Shown here: one piece after another, positions 45,141-57,400 of the stretch
Position numbering within the stretch: the first letter of the stretch is position 1
How the letters are laid out: every line of letters starts with the position of its first letter
Origin: Ranitomeya imitator
Taxonomy: Eukaryota
DNA length: 64,000 nt
Direction: 5' to 3'
Assembly (NCBI RefSeq): GCF_032444005.1
Contig: NC_091282.1
Location: forward strand, 489,676,001 to 489,740,000
Translations under genes and position numbers: made by a program
Notes under the pieces: generated by a model
Told to the model about the DNA's origin: nothing
Database searches by the model: none
What the model saw: the letters and a program-made list of their open reading frames with translations, nothing else

Positions 45141-46769
45141 CTAGGACAATCCCTTTGTGACAGTAGCATTGACCCAGTCCAATTTTTGAAATGACATTCC
45201 CCTGTGAACCAAAGGACCCGGTACCGAGTGCCCTGCTGCCCTGACGGGGCGATCCACTTACTTTGTGGCTTCCACGTAAATCCCAAAAACCACGATTCAG
45301 AAAAAACCCCAGTGGAACTTGAAATCCCATCCACTAAGCTGTACAATCTAGCCGCTGCGAGTTGGATGCTGCTGAGGTACGCAGCATCCAACCCGCAGCA
45401 TTTACTGACCGTAGGAACATACCCTAAGAGAAATGGTCATGTTGCGGATTTGAATCATACAGCTCTGGTCAGTTTATACTGAGGGAAAAAGAAGCACAGT
45501 GGGCTTAAGATTTCTATAAAGTCCATCCACTTTGCTGGAACTGACGCTGAATTTTTGACACAGTGAAAATATGCAGCGTCAAAAACTCACCAAAAACTTA
45601 TCCTGGGCACACAGCCTTAGTGTGACCAGCCAACCATCTGATGTTTATGTGGGATCCCGGACAAATGTTGTCGGAGGAGATACGGATCAGGCAGATGGAA
45701 TTTCATCTTCAACTCCTTTTGCCTTCAAAGAGATGGACTGCAGTGCTGTCAGCGAAGAGCAGCAGAGCTTTCTCCCCTTTACACATATAGTATGTTCAGC
45801 TAAGCCAAGTGACCAGAGAAACTGCTGTATGCAGAACGAACGTGTATGGCCAACCTTAGCTGGACCAAGAACAATGGAATGTTTAACAAATTTTCTGAGC
45901 CAAGAAGAATCAACCAAAAACCTAATTCATGGATAATAGCATAAGGACTGATTATGGTGCAAGCACAATGTAAGAACATTTTGTGTTAGGCATACTCACC
46001 AGGCCCCAGAAAACTTTGAATTTGAGTTTTTCTACCATTAATTTACATGCACAAAGTCTTATCCGATTTAGAGAAAGACAATTTGAAAAGTTCTTTGCTG
46101 ATGGAGTTTTCAATCTTCCCAAAGTAAATTCTTAATTTGTATGTAATTTTAACACTGTATATAACGTAAAAGGTCCACAGTAAAAGTCCATAGGCCAGGT
46201 TCAGGAAAGATAGGAGGCATTAAATCATGCTCTTCTCAACAGCTGGACATTCATTCATTTGTCAGTCAATAAATCGAAAAAGTCCTGAAACCAAGCAAGT
46301 TATTGTTAGCCTTTAACTCTTTATTAAATTCTCAAGAGTGAATTAAATTAATGAGTAGCGATAAAGAAAATAATCAATATAGCTATTATAATCTATAAGT
46401 TCACAACATTGTTTTGAGACAACTTGTCAGCAGGGCTGTATTTGCCACTAGGCACTTGAGGGCACGTGCCTAGGGTGGGAGGATGCGGGTGGCGGCACTT
46501 GAGCAAGTTTTTTGTTCTGTTTATTTTTTTTAAAATTAAAGTCCAGGCTTTTTGCAATTATCTTTGATTGTTGGCATTCTGCACACAAATAACAAAGAAG
46601 CTTTACATTGCTATTACTAAAACATGAAATTTAACTTTTTGAAAACAATATTTATAAATAAACAAATGAAAAATCATAAAAACTTCAACCTTTTTAGAAA
46701 GAAAAAAGAAAAACTGAACATGTTCATGCGTTTTTACACTGAACACAATAATAAGACACATGTCCTTTA

Positions 46770-47220
46770 GGCCAGTCTCACACGTCCAGATAATTCCGGT
46801 ACCGGAAAAATCGGTACCGGAGTTATCCGTGTCCGTGTGTCCGTGAGCTCACGTAGGCCATCCGTGTGGCACACGTGTGGCACACGTGTGCCGCCCATGT
46901 GCCGACTGGGTACCACACGGAGCGTGCACGAGACAGCGCTAGAGATAAGCGCTGTCCCCTGCATCTGGTGCTGAAGCCGCCATTCATATCTTCTCTCCAG
47001 CAGCATTCGCTGGTGAGAAGATATGAAAAATCCTTTTTTTTTTCGTGTTTAAAATAAAGATCCCTGTCCGACACCCCTCCCACCACCTGTGCGCCCCCCC
47101 GCTGTTAATAAAATACTCACCCGGCTCCCTTGCAGTGTCCTGTCCTCGCCGCAGTTTCTCCTGTATGAGCGGTCACGTGGTGCCGCCCATTACAGTCATG
47201 AATATGCGGCTCCACCCCTA
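46770..47220. mobile_element. Harbinger-type MITE left part
   Basis: tta|ggccagtctcacacgtcc... with internal palindromes (ccggtaccgg); right end not found. Confidence 0.55.
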
Positions 47221-47221
47221 T

Positions 47222-47620
47222 GGACCTATCTATCGCAATCAATGACATCATGCTTTCCCCCGTACCGGAAGTCCGCTGCTTCGGAGTAACCTTCGACTTT
47301 GCCCTGTCCTTCAAACCGCACATCCAAGCTCTTTCCACCTCCTGTCGCCTCCAGCTCAAAAATATCTCCAGAATCTGTCCTTTCCTCAACCGTCAATCTA
47401 CTAAAATGCTTGTGCATGCCCTCATCATCTCCCGCCTTGACTACTACAACATCCTTTTCTGCGGCCTCTCTGCTAACACCCTTGCACCTCTCCAATCCAT
47501 CCTTAACTTTGCTGCCTGACATATTCATCTCTCTCCTCGCTACTCCTCCGCTTTGCCCCTCTGCAAATCTCTTCACTGGCTCCCACTCCCTCACCGTATC
47601 CAGTTCAAATTACTAATACT
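47222..47620 (+). mobile_element. L2 LINE ORF2 C-terminal fragment
   Basis: LKNISRICPFL...TKMLVHALIISRLDYYNILFCGL...LQSILNFAA. Confidence 0.85.
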
Positions 47621-48701
47621 GTCCAAACAAACAAGGCAGCACACTGTAGCGCCAAAACATGTTTGATCGCAGCAGGTCCATTACCCCTCCACAGAGAGAA
47701 ATTTAGTCTAAAAAGAGGTTTCACATGTACCCATTCAGATGAAGACGTTTGTTCTCAGCAGGGAAAGCGTAGGACCTGGTATACGAGAGATGCCGTAAAG
47801 TGGCTACCAGATACACGTAAATTGGCCAATTTATGCGCTAAACGCTCTCATTTTTTCATATTTCTAGTGCAGTAATGCAGTCTAACTTTCATATTTTATC
47901 TTTGCATGTTTTGGCGCTACAGTGTGCTGCCTTGTTTGTTTGACTGTGTATGAGTTGGTGACTCTAGGTTCAGCACCTGTTCACACTTGATCTATGTTTG
48001 GATGTGACGGTCAGTTTTTTGAAATTTGTATTTACTAGCCTTCTGACCGAGCAATCCGCCTCTTAGCCACAGGTGTTTTAATCGCAGTAGGTCCATTACC
48101 CCTCCACAGAGAGAGAGAAATTTAGTCTAAGAAGAGGTTTCACAGTTACCCATTCAGATGAAGACATTTGTTCTCATCACGGAAAGTGTAGGACCTGGTA
48201 TACGAGAGATGCCGTAAAGTGGCTACCAGGTACACGTAAAATGTTCCTCACAAAAATGATATTTTAGCCCCAAATTTAGCATTTTCATAAGGGTAACAGG
48301 AGAAATTGCACTATAAAATTTATAGTGTAATTTTTCCTGAGTATGTCGATATCAAGGAGAAAACTACATTTGAGGTACAGTGCAAAGCTCAGAATGGAAG
48401 AGGTGCCATATTGGAGTTCAGTTTTTGCTGAAATGGTTTGAGGGTGCCATGTCACATTGGCAGAGAATTTTATACCACCGGACTCTATATACACATAGCC
48501 CCTATTTGATGGAATTTCTTCAGGAAAGCCTACAGCCCGCAATAACAATTCTGCCGCCTCACCACCACCTCACCACCACCCGAGCTGCCGCCTCACCACC
48601 ACCCAAGCTGCCGCCTCACCATTACCCAAGCTGCCACCTCACCACCACCAGAGCTGCCGCACCCCCGACATTGTCTCTTCCCCATTATCCCATAGAATGA
48701 A

Positions 48702-50318
48702 CAGTACAGACCAAAATTTTGGATACACCTTCTCATTTAAAGATTTTTCTGTATTTTCATGAATATGAAAATTGTACATTCACACTGCAGGCATCAAAAT
48801 TATGAATTAACACATGTGGAATTATATACTTAAGAAAAAAGTGTGAAAAAACTGAAAATATGTCTTATATTCTAGATTCTTCAAAGTAGCCACCTTTTGC
48901 TTTGATGACTGCTTTGCACACTCTTGGCATTCTCTTGATGAGCTTGAAGAGGTAGTCACCGGGAATGGTCTTCCAACAATCTTGAAGGAGTTCCCCGAGA
49001 TGCTTAGGACTTGTTGGCCCTTTTGCCTTCACTGTGCGATCCAGCTCACCCCAAACTATCTTGATTTGGTTCAGGTCTGGTGACTGTAGAGGCCAGGTCA
49101 CTGGCGTAGCATCCCATCACTCTCCTTCTTGGTCAAATAGCCCTTACACAGCCTGGAGGTGTGTTTGAGGTCATTGCCCTGTTGAAAAATAAATGATAGT
49201 TCAACTAAACGCAAACCGGATGGAATAGCATGCCGCTGCAAGTTGCTTGGTAGCCATGCTGGTTCAGTATGCCTTCAATTTTGAATAAATCCCCAACAGT
49301 GTCACCAGCAAAGCACCCCCACACCATCACACCTCCTCCTCCATGCTTCACGGTGGGAGCCAGGCATGTAGAGTCCATTCGTTCACCTTTTCTGTGTCGC
49401 ACAAAGACACGATAGTTGGAACCAAAGATCTCAAATTTGCACTCATCAGACCAAAGCACAGATTTCCACTAGTCTAATGTCCATTCCTTGTGTTATTTAG
49501 CCCAAACAAGTCTCTTCTGCTTGTCGCCTATCTTTAGCAGTGGTTTCCTAGCAGCTATTTTACCATGAAGGTCTGCTGCACAAAGTCTCCTCTTAACAGT
49601 TGTTGTAGAGATGTGTCTGCTGCTAGAACTCTGTGTGGCATTGACCTGGTCTCTAATCTGAGCTGCTGTTAACCTGTGATTTCTGAGGCTGGTGACTCAG
49701 ATAAACTTATCCTCAGAAGCAGAGGTGACTCTTGGTCTTCCTATCCTGGGGCGGTCCTCATGTGAGCTAGTTTCTTTGTAGCTCTTGATGGTTTTTGCAA
49801 CTGCACTTGGGGATACTTTCAAAGTTTTCGGACTGACTGACCTTCATTTCTTAAAGTAATGATGGCCACTCGTTTTTCTTTACTTAGCTGCTTTTTTCTT
49901 GCCATAATACAAATTCTAACAGTCTATTCAGTAGGACTATCAGCTGTGTATCCACCAGACTTCTACACAACATAACTGATGGTCCCAACCCCATTTATAA
50001 GGCAAGAAATCCCACTTATTAAACCTGACAGGGCACAGCTGTGAAGTGAAAACTATTTCCGGTGACTACCTCTTGAAGCTCATCAAGAGAATGCCAAGAG
50101 TGTGCAAAGCAGTCATCAAAGCCAAAGGTGGCTACTTTGAAGAACCTAGAATATAAGACATATTTTCAGTTGTTTCACACTTTTTTGTTAAGTATATAAT
50201 TCCACATGTGTTAATTCATAGTTTTGATGCCTTCAGTGTGAATGTACAATTTCATAGTCATGAAAATACAGAAAAATCTTTACATGAGAAGGTGTGTCCA
50301 AACTTTTGCTCTGTACTG
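48702..50318 (-). mobile_element. Decayed Tc1 transposon with long TIRs; transposase disrupted
   Basis: TIR cagtacagaccaaaa..ttgga.acacct; remnant peptides WSDECKFEIFG, TVKHGGGGVMVWGCF, WPLQSPDLNQIK, RMPRVCKAVIKAKGGYF. Confidence 0.9.
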
Positions 50319-50319
50319 T

Positions 50320-50450
50320 AAGTCAGCAAGGACAGGGTCCTCTCCCCTCAGTACCAGTCTGTCATTGTAAATTTGTCTACTGTAAACGATAACCCCTTTC
50401 TCATGTACAGCACCATGGAATTAATGGTGCTATATAAATAAATAATAATT
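50320..50450 (+). mobile_element. L2/SINE 3' tail fragment
   Basis: cagggtcctctcc...tgtacagcaccatggaattaatggtgctatataaataaataataat. Confidence 0.7.
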
Positions 50451-50544
50451 ATAGGGAATTTTCCACCAGAGGTTCCGTCTGAATCAGGTATTTCAGAGAT
50501 TTAAGCGGTCAGCACAGAGCACAGGATAAATGTGTAAAGAAATG

Positions 50545-51105
50545 TTTTCAAACATTTCCTGTGAAGCACCTAAAGGTTAATTAACTTTTTGAACGTGGTT
50601 TTGAGCACCTTGAGGGTGCAGTTTTTAGAATGGTGTCACTTTTGGGTATCTTCTATCATATAGAACCCTCAGAGTGACTTCAAGTGTGATGTGGTCCCTA
50701 AAAAAATGGTTTTGTACATTTTGCTGGGAAAATGAAGAATCGCTGGTCAACTTTTAACCCTTATAACTTCCAAAATTGTGTAGAGGTGAAGTAGACATGT
50801 GAGAAATGTTATTTATTAACTATTTTTGTGACATATCTCTGATTTAAGGGCATGAGAATTCAAAGTTGGAAAATTGTAAAATTTTCAAAATTTTTGCCAA
50901 ATTTCCATTTTTTTAACAAATAAATGCTAGTCATACTGAAGAAATGTTATCACTATCATAAAGTACAACATGTCATGAAATAAACAATCTCCGAATCACT
51001 GGGATCCACTGAAGTGTTTCAGAGTTATTACCTCATAAATTGACAATGGTCAGAATTGTAAAATTTGGCTTGATCATTAACGTGCAAACCACTTTCGGGG
51101 GTAAA
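50545..51105 (+). mobile_element. Fragment homologous to the piggyBac 3' end (33090-33667)
   Basis: Shared cctgtgaagcacc..aaggttaat, tgcagtttttagaatgg.gtcacttttgggta and gacagtggtcagaattg blocks. Confidence 0.75.
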
Positions 51106-51201
51106 GGAGTTGTCCATTTTTTTCTTACTTAAATGCATGCAGTTGGGACTAAAAATCATTTTTTGCAATTTAGTTAATTACAAATTTGCACCATTTGCCA
51201 A

Positions 51202-52090
51202 TGTGGCACCCCTAGGGGTATTTGCCACAAAAATAGTTACTGACAGTAAATGCAAATACTAAAATAGCAAGACTGCACTACCACCTCCGGCCAGAAGGGG
51301 GAGCTCCAGAGACTCCCCTTGATCCATTCTGGTCTGAGAGAAGAACTGGCAGTTGGGCTAAGGAGCTGAAAGTGAGAGGTCATACAGTTGAATCTCTAAC
51401 AGCCCTGTGACTGTTACCAGGCCTAAATCACCGGCCTGAGGAGAAGAGGGATAGAGAAAAAGGACATTGTGAGAACCGGGTAGCATTAATCACTACCCAG
51501 AACAGGCGCAAAGACGGATACCGGATCCGTGGCTGTATTCATTACATATAATACAGCAACCGGAAAAACGTGAGGTGATATCAGCTTCACTAGGGTCGGA
51601 CGCAGCAACAGACACAGAGTTCAGCGGTACTCCTGGAGGGGGTAAGCCGATAAAAGGACTTGGGTTGCCCGTCGAACCAGGACCCGGAGGGGACAGATTG
51701 GGCCGGCAGCCAGTTCACATACAGCAGCAGGGCCACACAGATATTGCGTACAATAAGAGGCGAAGACCCCGGCAGGGTCAAAGTAACTCAGAGTTCCCAT
51801 ACAGACTCCGGTGACAGGACTGGTTGTAAATCCTTTTTTGTTAAAGTAAACTGGTTAAACGTTTCAGTGCCTCAGTCTTTCATTTGGACAATAGCCATCT
51901 ATCCAGGATTGGGATCATCACCGCTGGGAGAACCTGCTGCTGATCAAGTAAGTGCCTGTTCCCTCACAATACCCTTTACACTGTGCATTGCCTGAGGCCA
52001 CAGCACCGGGTCAAGCCACCCGTGACACCCCCCTCAACAGACAGACCCCATTGGTCCGGTGCTGGGTACCCCGGTCTCTTGGGCGTCACA
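51202..52090 (+). repeat. Gypsy LTR 1 (889 bp)
   Basis: tgtggcacccc...gggcgtcaca; repeated at +6998 bp. Confidence 0.95.
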
Positions 52091-52092
52091 AT

Positions 52093-52110
52093 TGGCGTCA
52101 CGAACAGGAT
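52093..52110 (+). other. Primer binding site TGGCGTCACGAACAGGAT (tRNA-Ser-type; repeated at 59091-59108)
   Basis: Directly after the LTR; complementary to my recollection of the 3' end of a vertebrate tRNA-Ser(CGA), not checked. Confidence 0.7.
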
Positions 52111-52560
52111 CTAGCCAGCCCGTATACCGGGTATTGTGTGCCGTGATTGGAGCCCAAAACTGTGAAAACTTGGATAAAAAATCTTGAAAATTGACTTTAT
52201 TAAAGAAAAATCCATTCTCCATTGAAAACTATTGAAAGTGACTTTTCCCCATTGGTTATAATGGAGTAAAGATGGCCGCCATCCCCTGAGGTAATCACTT
52301 CATAACCGTTAGGCACGAGACTGTTAATTGAGCTACGCCATCACCTGAGCCCCAGTCTAACTGAAAAACTTCAGAATCCGCCATTACAGAGCGCGGTGGG
52401 TGGGAGCAGCAGGGGGCGTGTCATTGTGGGCGGCACCAAGCTGAGCGCTCTGACATCAGAGCAAGGGGAAAATCGATCCTGCTGCACAGCGGAACGAATC
52501 TACACTATCCCGACGGAAGCGGAGGACCGGAAGGGTCCGGATTAACTAAGGGGGCACAGT

Positions 52561-53601
52561 ATGTCGCAGCACGGAGACGCCGCAGCACCCGGCGACGCTA
52601 ATGCAGCTGAAAGACAGAGTGTCGATAGAGAGTCCGGTAGCGCAGCGGTGCAAGGAGTGGCGCCCATCATGCCGGTGCTGATGCCATATACCCCGGGTGG
52701 CCCATGGCTTCCAATGTATGAAGGTGAGCCTAATACCCTTGACGATTTCAGAGAAAAGATGCTGGCCCATTTTGACATGTTCCCTGTGGGTGAAGTTCAG
52801 CGTGTTAGTCTCCTGATGATGCAGTTAAGTGGCCATGCTAAGCGAGAAGTCACAGCATGGGCAGCTGATCTAAAAGGCACTGTTGAACGCATATTTGCTG
52901 GATTAAAAGCTACATTTGAAACCACTGCCAGCAGCAAAGCTAAAGTACGATTCTTTAATTGCAAACAAAAAGTTAATGAGGGCGTGAGAGACTTTGCCTT
53001 AAACCTGCAGGAAGCCCTTAAATCACTTACACTGGCTGAACCCATTTTTAACACCGGAGCGGATAAACTGCTAAGAGATCAATTTATTGAGGGACTCTAC
53101 ACCCCTTCTCACCGGGGGCATGTGAGCATGCTTGTTTTTAAGAACCCTGAATTGACATTTGCCCAATTAAAGGAGAGCGTTATACGTCTCCAGCTGGCAG
53201 AGGCACCTCGGGATCAGGATCCTGCGCAACTCATGGCAGAGGCTCCTCAACAACATGGAGTACCAGTGACATCAGCTATGTCCGGGGCCATTGCTAAGCC
53301 CCTGGGGCCCAGTACTAATGAGGCTCTTCAACAAAAGCTTGACTCTTTAACTGATGTTGTTGCTTCAATGGCTAAAACCATGCAGGAGATGAGAGGACCC
53401 AAGATGGAGTTGTCAAACCGTAGAGAAGGTGTTCCATGGATGAGACCCCGGAGATACCCGACATGGAGAGGACGACCCCGCGACCGCTACCAACCGGATG
53501 GACAGCCCATTTGCCACCGTTGCCAGCAGCCAGGCCACTTTGCACGAGATTGTGATTTAAACGGGAATCCCCTGGGAATGCGGGCCGCTTCGCAGGAATG
53601 A
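52561..53601 (+). CDS. gag: Gypsy Gag (346 aa) with a CCHC zinc knuckle
   Basis: LLRDQFIEGL capsid-type segment; CHRCQQPGHFARDC. Confidence 0.92.
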   Translation: MSQHGDAAAPGDANAAERQSVDRESGSAAVQGVAPIMPVLMPYTPGGPWLPMYEGEPNTLDDFREKMLAHFDMFPVGEVQRVSLLMMQLSGHAKREVTAWAADLKGTVERIFAGLKATFETTASSKAKVRFFNCKQKVNEGVRDFALNLQEALKSLTLAEPIFNTGADKLLRDQFIEGLYTPSHRGHVSMLVFKNPELTFAQLKESVIRLQLAEAPRDQDPAQLMAEAPQQHGVPVTSAMSGAIAKPLGPSTNEALQQKLDSLTDVVASMAKTMQEMRGPKMELSNRREGVPWMRPRRYPTWRGRPRDRYQPDGQPICHRCQQPGHFARDCDLNGNPLGMRAASQE

Positions 53602-54488
53602 ACTTTCAAGGCCCAACACCCTGGCACGACAGGTACATCGGAGGACGACCCATTATCCCTATCGTGCTGGACGGAATGCCCCTCAACGCTTTGCTGGACA
53701 CAGGTTCCCAGATTTCATCTATACCGTATATCCTTTATAAGAGGTACTGGGCTGATGCAGATATTGATAAAGGGCCCTCTGATGTTGAACTAGATATATG
53801 GGCCAGTAATGGTAAGTTGGTACCGAAACTAGGATTCAGGGAGATGACCATAAAGATTGGTAAAGTAGAATTGAAGAAACAGGGTATAATTGTTGTTGAT
53901 GTTGACCGGCGGAACTGTGAACCAACTGTATTGATAGGAATGAATGTGTTAGAGAACTGCTTTTCCGAAGTCATTTCTGTCTTACAGCAAATTGCTGAAA
54001 CTGCCCAATCCTGCCAGCAGAGAGTTCTCCAGAGGGAAATAAAAGTATTGATGTTAAGGCAACAGGTAGAAGTTGCAGGTGGAGAAATCGGCAGTGTGAG
54101 GGTAAGTGATCCAACATCTATTGTAATCCCACCAAAAACAGAAATGCTGGTATGGTGTAGAGCAGCCATTGGTACTAAGGGACGAGATTATCAAGCCTTA
54201 ATAGAACCAGTGTACACCGACAGCAGGCCCACTATACTCACAGCACGAGGGATAGTCGAGGTACACCGGGGACGAGTGCCGGTACGACTTTTGAACTGTG
54301 GAGAGGAAGAGGTCACTTTACCAAGGTATTCTACAATGGCAAAGCTATATACTGTTGACAACAATGCCATCACAACCATTGAGCCCTTAGAACCAACCTG
54401 TCAGGTGGAAGGCAATGGCTCAGATGGAGAAATAGCTACACGTGGGCATAAATTCAACACCTACCCATCAAAAACAAGGGGTGTATAG
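53556..54488 (+). CDS. Aspartic protease region of pol, in the -1 frame relative to gag
   Basis: ALLDTGSQISS and VLIGMNVL; the frame is open from the slippery site at 53556. Confidence 0.85.
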   Translation, partial: FKRESPGNAGRFAGMNFQGPTPWHDRYIGGRPIIPIVLDGMPLNALLDTGSQISSIPYILYKRYWADADIDKGPSDVELDIWASNGKLVPKLGFREMTIKIGKVELKKQGIIVVDVDRRNCEPTVLIGMNVLENCFSEVISVLQQIAETAQSCQQRVLQREIKVLMLRQQVEVAGGEIGSVRVSDPTSIVIPPKTEMLVWCRAAIGTKGRDYQALIEPVYTDSRPTILTARGIVEVHRGRVPVRLLNCGEEEVTLPRYSTMAKLYTVDNNAITTIEPLEPTCQVEGNGSDGEIATRGHKFNTYPSKTRGV

Positions 54489-57400
54489 GCTAGTGACGGA
54501 ATATGAACAAGTCTTCAGTAAACACCCATTGGACTTCGGACGGATAGAAGGGGTAGAGCACACAATCCCCACCAGTGACCATCCCCCAATAAAAGAAAGA
54601 TATAGACCCATACCGCCCGCTCACTATCAATGTGCAAAAGATATGCTGAGGGAGATGAAACAGGCCGGGGTAATAAGAGACAGCTGTAGCCCCTGGGCGG
54701 CCCCTCTAGTGATTGTCAAAAAAAAGGACGGAACCATGAGAATGTGCGTAGACTACCGGAAGATTAATAACATCACCCATAAAGACGCCTACCCCTTGCC
54801 TAGGATAGAAGAGTCCTTAACTGCTTTGAAATCTGCTAATTATTTTTCCACCTTAGACTTAACAAGCGGGTATTGGCAAGTCCCTGTGGCTGAGCGAGAT
54901 AAGGAAAAGATGGCATTCACCACACCAATGGGTCTATGTGAATTTAATCGCATGCCGTTCGGACTCTGCAACGCATCCGGTACCTTCCAGTGGCTGATGG
55001 AATGCTGCCTCGGACACAAGAACTTCGAGACCGTCCTCCTGTACCTAGATGATGTGATCGTCTACTCAAAGACTTACGAACAACACTTAATAGACCTGGC
55101 AGAAGTGTTCGAAGCCTTATCCAGGTATGGCATGAAAGTCAAGCCATCCAAATGTCACCTTCTCAAGCCAAAGGTACAGTACCTGGGACACATCGTGAGT
55201 TCGGAGGGAGTAGCACCAGATCCCGAGAAAATAAGCGCCATAAGGGATTGGCCAAGACCTACCAGCGCAAAAGAAGTGAGACAATTCCTGGGATTGGTGG
55301 GTTACTATCGCAGATTTATAAAAGGATTTACCAAGTTGGCAGCACCCTTGCAAGACACCTTGGTAGGGCAGACGAAGAAACCTTCAAACCGAAACCCTCC
55401 TTTTCAGTGGAACGACGAAAGGGAAGACTCCTTTGAACAACTAAAGAAGGCACTAACCGGAGAAGAGGTTCTGGCATACCCAGATTACCATCAACCTTTC
55501 ATCCTCTACACCGATGCCAGTAATGTGGGACTAGGAGCGGTGCTGTCACAAAAGCAAGAAGGTCGGGAGAAAGTCATCGCCTTTGCAAGTAGAAAGCTCC
55601 GGCCTACTGAAAGAAATTCAGAAAATTACAGCTCCTTCAAATTGGAACTACTGGCAGTAGTTTGGGCTGTGACTGAACGTTTCAAACACTATCTGGCCGC
55701 TGCAGAATTTATTGTCTATACTGACAACAATCCGTTGACCCACCTGGACACAGCCAAATTAGGTGCGTTAGAACAGCGATGGATAGCCCGGTTATCTAAT
55801 TACAACTTCAAGATCAAGTATCGAGCAGGTCGCAAGAATGGAAATGCCGATGCCCTATCCCGGATGCCACACTTGAGAGATGTAGAAGAAGAAATGGGGG
55901 AGCTTGAAGAAATTGAACTACCAGCCTTCCATCATCCCAAGGCAAAACATCATCAGTCAAGTACCTATCAGAAACAACAAGAGGTGAATTTAAATCCGTT
56001 AGCACACCATAGATGGGCTGACACCCAAGACAGCAATCCGGCTGTGAAGTTGGTGAAGGAACTGTTAACTGAGCAAAGTGCATATCCCGATGAGGATGCC
56101 CCAGAAGAGACGCATCAACTCTGGAAAGAGAGAGGCAAAATGTTCCTGTATCAAGGGAAGCTCTGTAGAAGGTACACCAATCCGAAAACACATGAATTGG
56201 TTTGGCAGATTATTGTGCCTAAACAAGATGTCAAGATGGTCCTCGAAGCTTACCATAATGGTGCTGGTCACTTCGGTTGGAAAAAGTTAGAAGTACTTCT
56301 AAGAGAAAGATTTTATTGGGTCGGGATGAGAAAATCAATCGAACAGTGGTGCAGAAATTGTGGCCCGTGCAACCTCAGAAGAAACGATCAAAAGAACCAA
56401 AGAGCACCACTGCAGCCCATAATCACCAAACAACCACTTGAACTTGTAGCCATGGACCACGTGAAGTTGACACCAAGCCGGTCTGGCTATGTCTATGCCT
56501 TGACCATCGTGGACCATTATTCACGCTTCTTGGTAGTAGTACCCATAAAAGATCTGACAGCAAAAACAGCAGCCAAAGCGTTCCAAACGTACTTTTGTAG
56601 ACCCCATGGATATCCGGAACAGGTTCTCACCGACCAAGGTACAGCCTTTGAATCAGAGATCTTCAGAGAATTCTGTAATATGTATGGTTGCAAAAAGATC
56701 CGGACGACGGCCTATCATCCACAAACAAACGGCTTATGCGAGAAGATGAACCATATTGTAATAGAACTACTAAAGACTTTACCTGAGGCAGAAAGGAATC
56801 AATGGCCAGAGAAATTGCCTGACTTGGTGGATCTGTATAATCATGTCCCGGTGAGTTCCACCAATTGCACCCCAGCTTACCTTATGCGTGCAAGACCCGG
56901 CCAATTACCAATCGATCTAGAAATGGGAATTCTGAAACCAGACGCAGAAGTCCAAGACTCCAATTGGGATATCATACGGCAAAAGCAGTATCGCCAAGTG
57001 CAAGAGAGTGTGGAAAGAAGCCTTCAGCAAACTAGAGAAAGACAAGAGCGAACTTTCAACCAGAATGCTCTAGCGACCCCATTAAGACCAGGTGACCAAG
57101 TGCTCAAGAGAAATCGTCGAACCAATAAACTGGACAATCAGTGGGAAGCCGTACCCTACACAGTTTTACCAACAAGAGTGGATAATCCTAAAATGTGTCT
57201 CATTAGCAAAAACGGAGGCTTAACATCTGTACTAGTGTCAAGAGACAATCTTAAATTATGTCCGGAAGCATTGAAAGAGCCAGACGTTGTCCAGCCAGAA
57301 CCAGAAGTTATTCAACCCATACAGGTTCAACCAGTAAAGGAAAAAGAAGAGGAAGTGTATCACACCTGTATAGGAGACTTTCCCAAAACCCTACTAACAT

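Noticed and set aside
47700-48180. Hammerhead-like ctga...gaaac fragments on the minus strand
   Set aside because: No consistent stems I, II and III could be drawn.
51575-52222. LTR-internal ORFs repeated at 58573-59220
   Set aside because: Short, motif-free and identical only because the LTRs are identical.
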